From an uncultured Lachnospiraceae bacterium (lineage in GTDB: Bacteria; Bacillota; Clostridia; Lachnospirales; Lachnospiraceae), in contig CANQDA010000002.1 of NCBI GenBank assembly GCA_947591155.1, positions 102,052 to 166,051 on the forward strand: DNA of 64,000 nucleotides, written 5' to 3'. This document shows, one piece after another, positions 27,820-36,083 of this stretch. The notes beneath the pieces were generated by a model, which was given only the letters and a program-made list of their open reading frames with translations, had not been told where the DNA came from and made no database searches. The first letter of the stretch is position 1. Each line of letters opens with the position of its first letter. The position numbers and the translations under genes were made by a program.

Positions 27820-28776
27820 ATGCAGACGACGGTAAATCCAAACGCGACCAAGGAAGCGAAAGAGCTTCTGAACTATCTCTCGGACATAGCCGGGAAGAAG
27901 ATCATCACGGGGCAGCACACGCAGACGAACCCGATGGAGGAAGCGCAGTACATCCTTGAGAAGACGGGAAAGCTGCCGAAGCTGTTCGGCTTTGAGCTGC
28001 TGGCCTATTCCCCGAACATTAATTATGACGATGCGTCCGAGGAATGCCTGACGGAGATTTATGAGGACAGAGGCACGCTAGACACAGCCATGAAGCTGGC
28101 GAAGAGTTCCGACGCGATCCTCACGTTCACCTTCCATTGGTATTCGCCGCTCAGTGGGAGGGACAAGAGCTTTTACGCCGAGCACACGGATTTTGATGCG
28201 TCGAAGATTCTCGTTGAGGGAACTCCAGAGCGGGAAGCCTTTTACCATGACATGGACGTTATTGCGGAGCACTTGAAGAAATTTCGGGACGAGAAGATCC
28301 CGATCCTCTGGAGGCCGTTCCACGAGTCGGACGGGCAGTGGTTCTGGTGGGGCGCGAAAGGGCCGACGGTCGCGCGCGAACTCTACAAGCTGATGTTTGA
28401 GCATTACACGGCGCAGCATCATCTCGACAATCTGCTCTGGGTGTGGAACTGTCCGCTTGCCGAGGGCTATCCGGGGGACGAGTACGTCGACGTGATCTCG
28501 ATGGACATTTATCTGCCCGAGTATGCTGCGACAGATTACAGGGAAGAGTATGAGAAGATGATCGCGCAGACGACGGATAATAAGGTCGCCGCTCTCGCAG
28601 AGATTGGGTATCTGCCAGATATCCGGATGCTGGAGCAGTCGCATACGCCGTGGGCGTATTACATGACCTGGTCCCACGAGTTCTGCATCGGGGAGAAGTA
28701 CAACAAGACGGACGCCCTGAAAGCGATGTATGCGAGCGACTATGCGATCACGTCGGACATGGAGCGGCTGCCGTAG
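27820..28776 (+). CDS. GH26 family beta-mannanase/mannobiohydrolase-like enzyme (no signal peptide)
   Basis: WRPFHESDGQWFWWG (acid/base Glu motif), LWVWN, and ALAEIGY (nucleophile Glu). 318 aa with no N-terminal signal sequence. Confidence 0.85.
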   Translation: MQTTVNPNATKEAKELLNYLSDIAGKKIITGQHTQTNPMEEAQYILEKTGKLPKLFGFELLAYSPNINYDDASEECLTEIYEDRGTLDTAMKLAKSSDAILTFTFHWYSPLSGRDKSFYAEHTDFDASKILVEGTPEREAFYHDMDVIAEHLKKFRDEKIPILWRPFHESDGQWFWWGAKGPTVARELYKLMFEHYTAQHHLDNLLWVWNCPLAEGYPGDEYVDVISMDIYLPEYAATDYREEYEKMIAQTTDNKVAALAEIGYLPDIRMLEQSHTPWAYYMTWSHEFCIGEKYNKTDALKAMYASDYAITSDMERLP

Positions 28777-28779
28777 GAT

Positions 28780-28806
28780 AAGCTTGCTGAAGGACAAGCT
28801 TTTTAT
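28780..28806 (+). terminator. Terminator after the GH26 gene
   Basis: AAGCTTG-ctgaagga-CAAGCTT followed by ttttat. Confidence 0.65.
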
Positions 28807-28933
28807 AAATTGCATGTCTTATCATCGATTGAGGGGTTTTTCTGAAACGAAAATTATGATATACTGGTCATACACCAATTTGAACAGAGTGGCTGTATGA
28901 CATACAAACAAATTTCAGAAGGAGAGTTGCCTT

Positions 28934-29203
28934 ATGATGTATCCATATATGACGCTGGGAGACGGGACGGAGATCGTTCACTCTCAAATTTTGGAAGAGG
29001 CGGATCACACAAAAGTGATCGTACACTTCGAACGTCCTACGGATAACGGATTTGACTCAGCGAGATGCGAATTGCCGGAGTATCACTGGCAATGCAAGGA
29101 AGGATATTCTGACGAGGAGATTGCTATGTTTGAACAGTTGCTTCACAGCAACGCTCATTTGCTGTTTAAGTATGCCGCGAACGGGGGAATACAGATTGCC
29201 TAA
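28934..29203 (+). CDS. Small hypothetical protein (89 aa)
   Basis: GGAGAG RBS and good coding appearance. No family recognised; it marks the start of the AT-rich island. Confidence 0.5.
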   Translation: MMYPYMTLGDGTEIVHSQILEEADHTKVIVHFERPTDNGFDSARCELPEYHWQCKEGYSDEEIAMFEQLLHSNAHLLFKYAANGGIQIA

Positions 29204-29251
29204 GTTCTTCGTGACAGATGAGATTAAATTTTATTGCTAATGTATGAGTAG

Positions 29252-29287
29252 GAGAGGGCATTGTGTGTGACACCCTCTCTTTTTTTA
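29252..29287. terminator. Bidirectional terminator between convergent small ORF and XRE gene
   Basis: GAGAGGG-cattgtgtgtgaca-CCCTCTC followed by T7. A-rich on the other side. Confidence 0.75.
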
Positions 29288-29317
29288 TGCTGTGTTATAG
29301 GCGATGAGAATAAGCGC

Positions 29318-29557
29318 TTATCGCAACAGCTCATCAACAGTAATTTCCAGTACTTGGGAAATAATTTTCAATTCGATATCAGTGACAAATCTTTTGCCGG
29401 CTTCAATTCGTTGCACAGCGTTCTTGTCAATGTCAAGACCGGCAATTTGGAGACGGTCGGCAAGCGCGCGCTGTGATATTTTCAGATTGGATCGTAAAAC
29501 AGCGATTTTTTCGCCGCATAAATTGTTCTTTCCTTCACTCGTCTTATTTATGAACAT
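29318..29557 (-). CDS. XRE-family helix-turn-helix transcriptional regulator (79 aa)
   Basis: GEKIAVLRSNLKISQRALADRLQIAGLDIDKNAVQRIEAGKRFVTDIEL: the canonical Cro/C1-type HTH. Confidence 0.88.
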   Translation of the reverse strand: MFINKTSEGKNNLCGEKIAVLRSNLKISQRALADRLQIAGLDIDKNAVQRIEAGKRFVTDIELKIISQVLEITVDELLR

Positions 29558-29594
29558 AAAATAACCCCCTTGGTAATTATTTACATAAGCAGGA

Positions 29595-29615
29595 TTGACA
29601 TTCAGTGCTTGTCAT
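29595..29615. promoter_or_regulatory. Operator-like inverted repeat 1 in the XRE / AMP-ligase divergent region
   Basis: TTGACAttcagtgctTGTCAt. Its right half (TTGTCA, 29609-29614) can serve as a -35 for an extended -10 TGaTAAAAT (29629-29637). Confidence 0.5.
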
Positions 29616-29647
29616 TTCTTTTATGATGTGATAAAATGTCTGCAAGA

Positions 29648-29668
29648 TTGACATTTAGTGAATGTCAA
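29648..29668. promoter_or_regulatory. Operator-like inverted repeat 2 (perfect 6-9-6 palindrome)
   Basis: TTGACAtttagtgaaTGTCAA, 53 bp (about 5 helical turns) from repeat 1 and just downstream of the predicted -10. Confidence 0.5.
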
Positions 29669-29716
29669 AATGAACAAATGTTTTTTTTGTAAAATGGGAG
29701 AGGGAGGAGAAGATTG

Positions 29717-31447
29717 ATGAAAGCTCTGACAGGTTTTGTTTCTGTTGATAGACCACAAGAAAAATACTATAGGAAAACTCCTATTTCCAATATTGATGTA
29801 AATCAAACGGTGTATGAGTTGATTTTTAATTCAAACAGAGAAAATATGGATGATTATGCAATCGAATATTTGGGGAAAAGCTGGACATTTAAGGAATTGA
29901 AAAAAGAAACAGACAAAGCTGCGGATTCTTTTTTCAAGTTGGGGATAAGGCAGGGTGATGTAATATTGGTCGGAATTTCAAATTCGCCGGAGGCAATTAT
30001 TATTTTACTGAGTTTGAATAAAATTGGTGCAATAACAAAATGGTTTGACATTCGAGCAAGTGAAAATGATATAAAAGAATATGCAAATACAAGTAACTGC
30101 AAATGTCTAATTATCTTGGATTTTTTGATTTCAAAAGTACAATTGATTTTAAAAAATACAAGCCTTCAAAATGTTCTTGTAGTCAAACCAACAGATTCTC
30201 TCTCCAACGTTATGCAAGCGGGATATCAGTTGAAACAAAAAATGCAAGGGGCGTATGCCTCTTTGCCTAGAGATTCAAAATTTATGTACTTTAAAGACTT
30301 TATAAAAAGGGGAGATGCTGATTCAAATATACCTTGTATGACATTTGATAAAGAAAAGCCTTCGATTATGATACAGTCAAGCGGGACAACGGGAAAGCCT
30401 AAGACCATTGTGCATTCTGATTATTCAGCGACATCTTGTGCAAAAATGTTTTCTTATTGGGACTTACCGCTTGGACGTGGGAAAATTATTGCTGTATTTT
30501 TGCCGCCTTGGATTGCGTATGCATTAGGAAATGCAATTATTACACCTCTTGCACTAGGAACGAAACTATTGCTTAGCCCAACATTTGATTCGGACGTTAT
30601 TATAAAACATTTGGGGAAGTTTACAATTTCATTTGCAGCACCATTTCATTATCGATATTTAAGAGACAATTTTGGAAAACTTTCTCAGAAACAGATGGAA
30701 TATGTTAAACAAATAGAATGTATGGTGTCGGGTGGAGATAAAATCTCTGCTGAGGAGAACAAAGAGTTTGAAGCAATATTCGATACGGTACTGGTTAATG
30801 GGTATGGCAATAACGAGGGTTGGGGTGCATTAACTGTAAATCCGGTTAATCATAATAAGTACGGCACAATAGGAATACCAAAATATGGAGAAACTATCAT
30901 TAGTTATGATAATAAAAGCGGCAGAGAGTTACGGTATGGTGAGGAAGGAGAAATATGCGCGCTCGCAGATACGATGTTTTTATATTATGAGGGAAACATG
31001 GAGCAGACAAACGATGTGAAAAGAGTCCATGCTGATGGAAAAGTTTGGTTACATACAGGGGATCTTGGCACAATTGATGAGGATGGCTATATTAGCTTGA
31101 GTGGAAGATTGAGACGTGTGATTGTTCGCGGCGGGTTTAAAATTTCAGCATATACAATTGAAGACAAAATAAGTGAACATGCGGCAGTTAAGGAATGTGT
31201 GGCGGTGGAAGTTGAAGATTCACAGGAAGAACATGTTCCTATGGTTTATATTGTTCTTAAAGATTTTGACTTAAATTTGCAGGATATACAGGACGAATTG
31301 CTTCAAAAATGTTGCAGTGAATTAAAGGAATATGAAATTCCAAAATATTTCAGATTTGTTGACACGTTGCCATATACTCAAAATGGTAAATATGATTTTA
31401 GATTATTAGAACAGATGGGAAATGAGTATGTGAATAAATGCAGATAG
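29717..31447 (+). CDS. AMP-dependent synthetase/ligase (ANL superfamily adenylating enzyme)
   Basis: SSGTTGKPKTIVHS (A3), GYGNNEG (A5), HTGDLGTIDEDGYISLSGRLRRVI (A7/A8), PKYFRFVDTLPYTQNGKYD (A10 Lys). AT-rich gene. Confidence 0.88.
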   Translation: MKALTGFVSVDRPQEKYYRKTPISNIDVNQTVYELIFNSNRENMDDYAIEYLGKSWTFKELKKETDKAADSFFKLGIRQGDVILVGISNSPEAIIILLSLNKIGAITKWFDIRASENDIKEYANTSNCKCLIILDFLISKVQLILKNTSLQNVLVVKPTDSLSNVMQAGYQLKQKMQGAYASLPRDSKFMYFKDFIKRGDADSNIPCMTFDKEKPSIMIQSSGTTGKPKTIVHSDYSATSCAKMFSYWDLPLGRGKIIAVFLPPWIAYALGNAIITPLALGTKLLLSPTFDSDVIIKHLGKFTISFAAPFHYRYLRDNFGKLSQKQMEYVKQIECMVSGGDKISAEENKEFEAIFDTVLVNGYGNNEGWGALTVNPVNHNKYGTIGIPKYGETIISYDNKSGRELRYGEEGEICALADTMFLYYEGNMEQTNDVKRVHADGKVWLHTGDLGTIDEDGYISLSGRLRRVIVRGGFKISAYTIEDKISEHAAVKECVAVEVEDSQEEHVPMVYIVLKDFDLNLQDIQDELLQKCCSELKEYEIPKYFRFVDTLPYTQNGKYDFRLLEQMGNEYVNKCR

Positions 31448-31549
31448 CATCATCAAAGTTTAAGATTAGAAATAATCTGTAAGAAGGATAATGATACATT
31501 AGCAGGATATTAACGGAAGCGAAAAATATATACGAAAGAGGGTAGCAGA

Positions 31550-32074
31550 ATGATAGAGAATATTAAACTGGTAATTGACGCTTTGGGAACTGCTGCAAGT
31601 GTAGTTTTAGCCATAACTGCTATTATTGCCTTGCGTATTGCAGTTAAGCAAAATAAGATAAATAAGAAAAGCCATAGGCCGTATTGCGATATATACTGTA
31701 TTGATTGCAATAAAGATATAACCATAAAAATAAAGAATAATGGAATGGGGGTAATGACAATTACGAAGCTCTGTATAGGTGAAAATGGAACCAATATAGA
31801 AAAGGATAATTTATATTCCTGCATTCCTTGTGATGTGCCATTAACATATTATAGCGTTGATATAATTGAGAGAAGTATTGCACCAAAGGAAGGATTGGTA
31901 TTGCTGCAAAAGAAGGGAAATGGGCAAGAAAGTTATATGGAAGAACAGGAGAAGCTGAGAAAGGAATTGGCCAAATATACGATCCGATTAGATTATAAGG
32001 ATATGTATGGAAAGGAATATTTCAAAGAAAAGGATCTGTCAAAAATTTATGGAAGGTCGGCCAGGGCTGTCTGA
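31550..32074 (+). CDS. Hypothetical membrane-anchored protein (174 aa; N-terminal TM, Cys-rich beta-rich domain)
   Basis: TM ALGTAASVVLAITAIIALRIAV, then CDIYCIDC...IKIKNNGMGVMTI...CIPC. RBS agaggg. No family recognised. Confidence 0.5.
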   Translation: MIENIKLVIDALGTAASVVLAITAIIALRIAVKQNKINKKSHRPYCDIYCIDCNKDITIKIKNNGMGVMTITKLCIGENGTNIEKDNLYSCIPCDVPLTYYSVDIIERSIAPKEGLVLLQKKGNGQESYMEEQEKLRKELAKYTIRLDYKDMYGKEYFKEKDLSKIYGRSARAV

Positions 32075-32104
32075 AGAAATTATATACTGAAAGAGGATGT
32101 TGTA

Positions 32105-32215
32105 ATGAGAGTGGACAGACAAAGTTGCATAAAGAATATTAATTTTAGCAGGATATGCGCTGAATATGCTGACATTCTTGGACATGTGAGTCTATTTGGT
32201 TCTGTATTTAGATAA
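32105..32215 (+). pseudogene. Truncated paralog of the downstream MNT nucleotidyltransferase gene
   Basis: MRVDRQSCIKNINFSRICAEYADILGHVSLFGSVFR* parallels MRVDRQSCIENIGRICAEYASILGRVILFGSVARSE... and includes the same RBS (aagaggatg). It stops right at the catalytic GS motif. Confidence 0.75.
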
Positions 32216-32373
32216 AGGATAGTGATGAGCGCTGTGTGTGACTACATGGCGCTTTTAATTATGAAATTTTTGCTCTTGTCCTATTTTGGAACAGCAAAGT
32301 TCTCGTTGTTACAGTTGAAAGCAAAATGAAAAAACGTTATAATATAGCAAATATGCCGAAAGAGGATGATGAA

Positions 32374-32736
32374 ATGAGAGTCGACAGACAAAGCTGTATA
32401 GAAAATATTGGCAGAATATGCGCAGAATACGCCAGTATTCTTGGGCGTGTGATTCTGTTTGGCTCCGTTGCCAGAAGTGAAAATACAGAAGCCTCGGATA
32501 TTGATCTGTATGTGGAACCGCGGGATCTCGCGATGACATCAGGAAAATTGGAAAAAAACAAGGCATACAGGGAATTCCGTTTAAAATTGTTCGACCTGTA
32601 TGATGGAAAGGTTGATTATGACATACTGTCATTTGGCGGGAAACGTGATTTGCAAAATATGAAAGGAACAGCGTTGTGGAACCAGATTGAAAGAGATGGG
32701 GTGATCTTATATGACGGGCGAGCAGAAAAAGCTTAA
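32374..32736 (+). CDS. Minimal nucleotidyltransferase (MNT/Pol-beta superfamily, TA-antitoxin-like)
   Basis: LFGSVARSENTEASDIDLYVE is the GSxxR...DxD NTase signature. 120 aa counted from the RBS-preceded Met. Confidence 0.8.
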   Translation: MRVDRQSCIENIGRICAEYASILGRVILFGSVARSENTEASDIDLYVEPRDLAMTSGKLEKNKAYREFRLKLFDLYDGKVDYDILSFGGKRDLQNMKGTALWNQIERDGVILYDGRAEKA

Positions 32737-32836
32737 AGCAATGATATTGGCGGATTTGAAAATTGCGGCACATCGCATTACTTTGGACTGGCTGAATTCG
32801 GGAGATACGAAGTAATGGAAAGGGCTTTTGGAACAT

Positions 32837-34537
32837 ATGATAAAAGGCTGGAGAGATTTATTCAGAACACATATATTGGAACGCGGATTGGATTATTATG
32901 AGGGTCATGCTGTCAAGTCATTGAAACAGACGGAAAAGGGATATGAGGCGACGGTAGAGGGAACAGAAGAATATCATGTTGAGATAGAAATCAGTGACAA
33001 TAGAATATATGATATGTTCTGCGACTGTCCATACGCGGAGGATGGAAATTACTGTAAGCATATGGCGGCTGTTCTTTATGAGATCACGGAAGGACAGGCT
33101 GAATCGACAGAAAATACGTTAGATAAGCGCCGGAGAGACAGAAATGAGCTGGAGAAAACCATAGAGAATATACCGGAAGCGGAGATACGAGGACTGATAT
33201 TTGAACTCGCACTGGGGGACGAATCTCTGCGAAACCGTATTCTGACGGTATATGCGGAGGAGATCGGCGAAAAGCAGATGATACGTCTGAAAAAAGAGGT
33301 GGATGGGATCGCGTATCGTTATTCGGACAGGTCCGGGTTTGTCGATTATTATCATGCAATGGATTATACGGATGCCCTGAGTGCTTTCCTGAATGATAAA
33401 GTGCAGGTGCTGATTGGACAAGGTCATCTCATGCAGGCGTTTGAATTGACAAACTATGTTTTTGACTGTGTTGTGAATCAGGCGATAGACGATTCAGACG
33501 GTGGAACAACATGGGTTGCGAGCCAATGCTATGAAATATGGCAGCAGATTCTGGCGGTATCTGATGAAAATGAAAAGCGGCAGATGCTTCGGTGGTTTCA
33601 GAGCTACCGAAAGAGCCATGCAAAAGATGATACAGACGACTATATGGGAGAATACATAGAAGATTTCCTCCTGAACGAGTTTCAAGATCCGGATCTGATA
33701 AAGCAGAGACTGAAAATGCTGGATAAGCTGATAGAGAAGGCTGGAGACGATACGGATGCCGGAAGTTGGTATTCTGCATATTACGGCTATGAGGATATCG
33801 TCCTGAAGCGTCTGCAGATCATGCGAAAGCTTGGGTGCAGTGAACAGGAGATTTTGGAGTACAGGCAGAAATTCAGACACTTTTCAGCTATCCGTAAGAT
33901 GGAGATCGAGGAATATCTGGATAGGAATGATTATAAGAAAGCAATAGAAGTATTGCAGGAAAGCAAGGAGCTGGATCAGAAGTATCCGGGGCTGGTTGAG
34001 GAATACAGCCGTAGATTGATAGAAATTTATAAGGAAATCGGACAGGCTGACGCTTATAAGCGGGAATTGGAGTATCAGATTTTTCAATGCTTTCAAAGTG
34101 ATCTGGACTATATTCAGTTATTGAAGAATGTCTGTGTTGCCGAAGAATGGATTTCATATCGTGAGAAGATACTGAAAGCAAAAACCGCGACACGGATTCG
34201 ACGTGAACTGATGTTTTGGGAGGGCCTGCATCGGCAATTATTGGAGGATATTCAGAAGAACGGGCAATTGTATGATTTGGATCAGTATGAGAAGGGGTTA
34301 AAAAAGCAATATCCGATTGAGGTTCGGGATATTTACATTGATTTTGTTCACAAAGAGGCTGAAAGTGTGGCAAATCGGAAACATTACAAGGAACTGATGA
34401 AGTATCTGAAAAAGATTGCAGCTTATCCGGACGGAAAGAAGAAGGTACAGGAAATCGCGGAAACCTGGCGAACGCAGTACAAAAGAAGAAGGGCAATGAT
34501 GGAAGAACTGGAAAAAGTGGTTGAACGAAGTTTTTAA
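32837..34537 (+). CDS. SWIM zinc-finger domain protein (566 aa, helical-repeat C-terminal region)
   Basis: CDCPYAEDGNYCKHMAAVLYE fits the SWIM CxCx(n)CxH pattern after the typical N-terminal ...ILERGLDYYEGHAV... The rest is alpha-helical repeat-like. Confidence 0.75.
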   Translation: MIKGWRDLFRTHILERGLDYYEGHAVKSLKQTEKGYEATVEGTEEYHVEIEISDNRIYDMFCDCPYAEDGNYCKHMAAVLYEITEGQAESTENTLDKRRRDRNELEKTIENIPEAEIRGLIFELALGDESLRNRILTVYAEEIGEKQMIRLKKEVDGIAYRYSDRSGFVDYYHAMDYTDALSAFLNDKVQVLIGQGHLMQAFELTNYVFDCVVNQAIDDSDGGTTWVASQCYEIWQQILAVSDENEKRQMLRWFQSYRKSHAKDDTDDYMGEYIEDFLLNEFQDPDLIKQRLKMLDKLIEKAGDDTDAGSWYSAYYGYEDIVLKRLQIMRKLGCSEQEILEYRQKFRHFSAIRKMEIEEYLDRNDYKKAIEVLQESKELDQKYPGLVEEYSRRLIEIYKEIGQADAYKRELEYQIFQCFQSDLDYIQLLKNVCVAEEWISYREKILKAKTATRIRRELMFWEGLHRQLLEDIQKNGQLYDLDQYEKGLKKQYPIEVRDIYIDFVHKEAESVANRKHYKELMKYLKKIAAYPDGKKKVQEIAETWRTQYKRRRAMMEELEKVVERSF

Positions 34538-34546
34538 GAAACAGTC

Positions 34547-34575
34547 TTGACAATAAGAAAAAGTGGAAGTATACT
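34547..34575 (+). promoter_or_regulatory. Sigma-A-type promoter of the gpx-flavodoxin-ohrR-like operon
   Basis: TTGACA (34547-34552), 17-nt spacer, TATACT (34570-34575). Confidence 0.6.
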
Positions 34576-34597
34576 ATAATTAATCTCACACTATTAA

Positions 34598-34615
34598 ATC
34601 TTGCAAAAGCAAGAT
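34598..34615. promoter_or_regulatory. Palindrome between promoter and RBS; candidate MarR/OhrR operator
   Basis: ATCTTGC-AAAA-GCAAGAT, a perfect 7-4-7 inverted repeat about 20-40 nt downstream of the -10. Confidence 0.45.
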
Positions 34616-34634
34616 AATGAAAGGAGAGCAGACT

Positions 34635-35174
34635 ATGAGCATCTACGATTTCAAGATCAGGACGCAGGAGGGAACTGATGTATCGCTGGCCGATTATAAG
34701 GGGAAGGTTTTGCTTATTGTCAACACAGCGACCGGGTGCGGATTTACGCCGCAGTATAGCGAGCTTCAGGATTTATATGAGCTTCACCAGAAAGACGGAC
34801 TGGAAATTCTCGATTTCCCCTGCAATCAGTTCGGGGAGCAGGCCCCGGGAAGCAATGAGGAGATTCACAGCTTCTGCACCGGACGGTATGGCATCACCTT
34901 TCCGCAGTTTGCCAAGATCGATGTAAACGGTGACAACGCGATCCCGCTCTACAAATATCTGACGGAGAACACCACCTTTGCCGGCTTTTCCGGTCCGATG
35001 GGACTGATGCTGAAGGGTATTGCCAAAAAGATGGACAAGGATTACAAGAACAACGGGAATATCAAGTGGAATTTCACGAAGTTCCTGATCGACCGAAATG
35101 GAGAGATCGTCGCCCGTTTTGAGCCGACCGAGTCGCTGGACAAGGTGAAGGCAAAGGTAGAGGAGGCGCTGTAG
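34635..35174 (+). CDS. Glutathione peroxidase-family thiol peroxidase
   Basis: LIVNTATGCGFTPQY (peroxidatic Cys), FPCNQFGEQAPG, KWNFTKFLIDRNGEIV: the three canonical GPx blocks. Confidence 0.92.
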   Translation: MSIYDFKIRTQEGTDVSLADYKGKVLLIVNTATGCGFTPQYSELQDLYELHQKDGLEILDFPCNQFGEQAPGSNEEIHSFCTGRYGITFPQFAKIDVNGDNAIPLYKYLTENTTFAGFSGPMGLMLKGIAKKMDKDYKNNGNIKWNFTKFLIDRNGEIVARFEPTESLDKVKAKVEEAL

Positions 35175-35177
35175 AAA

Positions 35178-35585
35178 ATGAATATCGCGGTACGTTACTA
35201 TTCAAGAGGCGGGAACACGAAAAAGATCGCCGAAGCGATCGCGGAGGCTGTGGGCGTGGAGGCAAAAACAGTGTCCGAGCCGCTTAAAGAAGATGTGGAC
35301 ATTTTGTTTCTCGGCAGCGCGCCCTATGCCTTTGATGTAGACGACGAGGTGAAGAAATTTATAGGCAGTATCGATGTATCCGTTGGAAAGGTTGTGAATT
35401 TCAGCACGTCTGCCGCCGTCAAATCGACCCGCAAGTACGTGGAAAAGCTGCTTGAGGAAAAGAGAATTCCGGTCGCGAAGGAAGAGTTCTCCTTCCGGGG
35501 CGCGCTTGGGATGCTGCACAAGGGCAGACCGAACGAAAACGACCAAAAGGCTGCCGCCGAATTTGCGAGGGGCATTATATCATAA
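35178..35585 (+). CDS. Flavodoxin-like protein
   Basis: MNIAVRYYSRGGNTKKIAEAIAEA... is the flavodoxin FMN-phosphate loop. 135 aa. Confidence 0.75.
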   Translation: MNIAVRYYSRGGNTKKIAEAIAEAVGVEAKTVSEPLKEDVDILFLGSAPYAFDVDDEVKKFIGSIDVSVGKVVNFSTSAAVKSTRKYVEKLLEEKRIPVAKEEFSFRGALGMLHKGRPNENDQKAAAEFARGIIS

Positions 35586-35600
35586 GGAGAAGCAAAGACA

Positions 35601-36083
35601 ATGGCTGATTTATACGACCCGTTAAAGCTTGAAAATCAGATATGCTTCCCGCTCTATGTCTGTGCGAAGGAGATTGTCAAGGCCTACAAGCCTTATCTGG
35701 ACGAACTGAATTTGACTTATACGCAGTACATCACCATGATGGTCATGTGGGAGTATAGGGAACTGCGCGTCAAGGAGGTGGGCGAGAAGCTGTTCCTCGA
35801 TTCGAGCACACTGACGCCGTTGCTCAAAAAGCTGGAGGGAAAAGGCTACGTCACGAGACGGCGTTCCGAAACGGATGAGAGAGACGTGTTCGTCACGATC
35901 ACAGACGCGGGCGAGGCATTAAAGGAAAAGGCGCTCACCGTTCCCGCGAGACTTGCGGCCTGCGTAGAGCTTGAACCGCGGAAAGCCGCGGAACTGTATC
36001 GGACGCTGTATCAGATCATCGGGACGTTGACTTGCGGTCCAGACCAGGCCGAAGCACTTGCTGCTGAGGTCGTAAGAAAGTGA
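35601..36083 (+). CDS. MarR-family regulator, OhrR-like (1-Cys peroxide sensor type), with repeat-derived C-terminal extension
   Basis: LENQICFPLYVCAKE carries the OhrR-type sensing Cys. wHTH TYTQYITMMVMW...VKEVGEKLFLDSSTLTPLLKKLEGKGYVTRRR. The last roughly 20 codons lie inside the intergenic repeat element. Confidence 0.8.
   Translation: MADLYDPLKLENQICFPLYVCAKEIVKAYKPYLDELNLTYTQYITMMVMWEYRELRVKEVGEKLFLDSSTLTPLLKKLEGKGYVTRRRSETDERDVFVTITDAGEALKEKALTVPARLAACVELEPRKAAELYRTLYQIIGTLTCGPDQAEALAAEVVRK

Noticed and set aside
28850-34560. Calling the AT-rich island a prophage, ICE or transposon.
   Set aside because: The island and its flanks contain no integrase, recombinase, transposase, relaxase, terminal inverted repeats or tRNA target. 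Only the compositional anomaly and accessory gene content support horizontal origin, so it is reported as an island, not as a mobile element.
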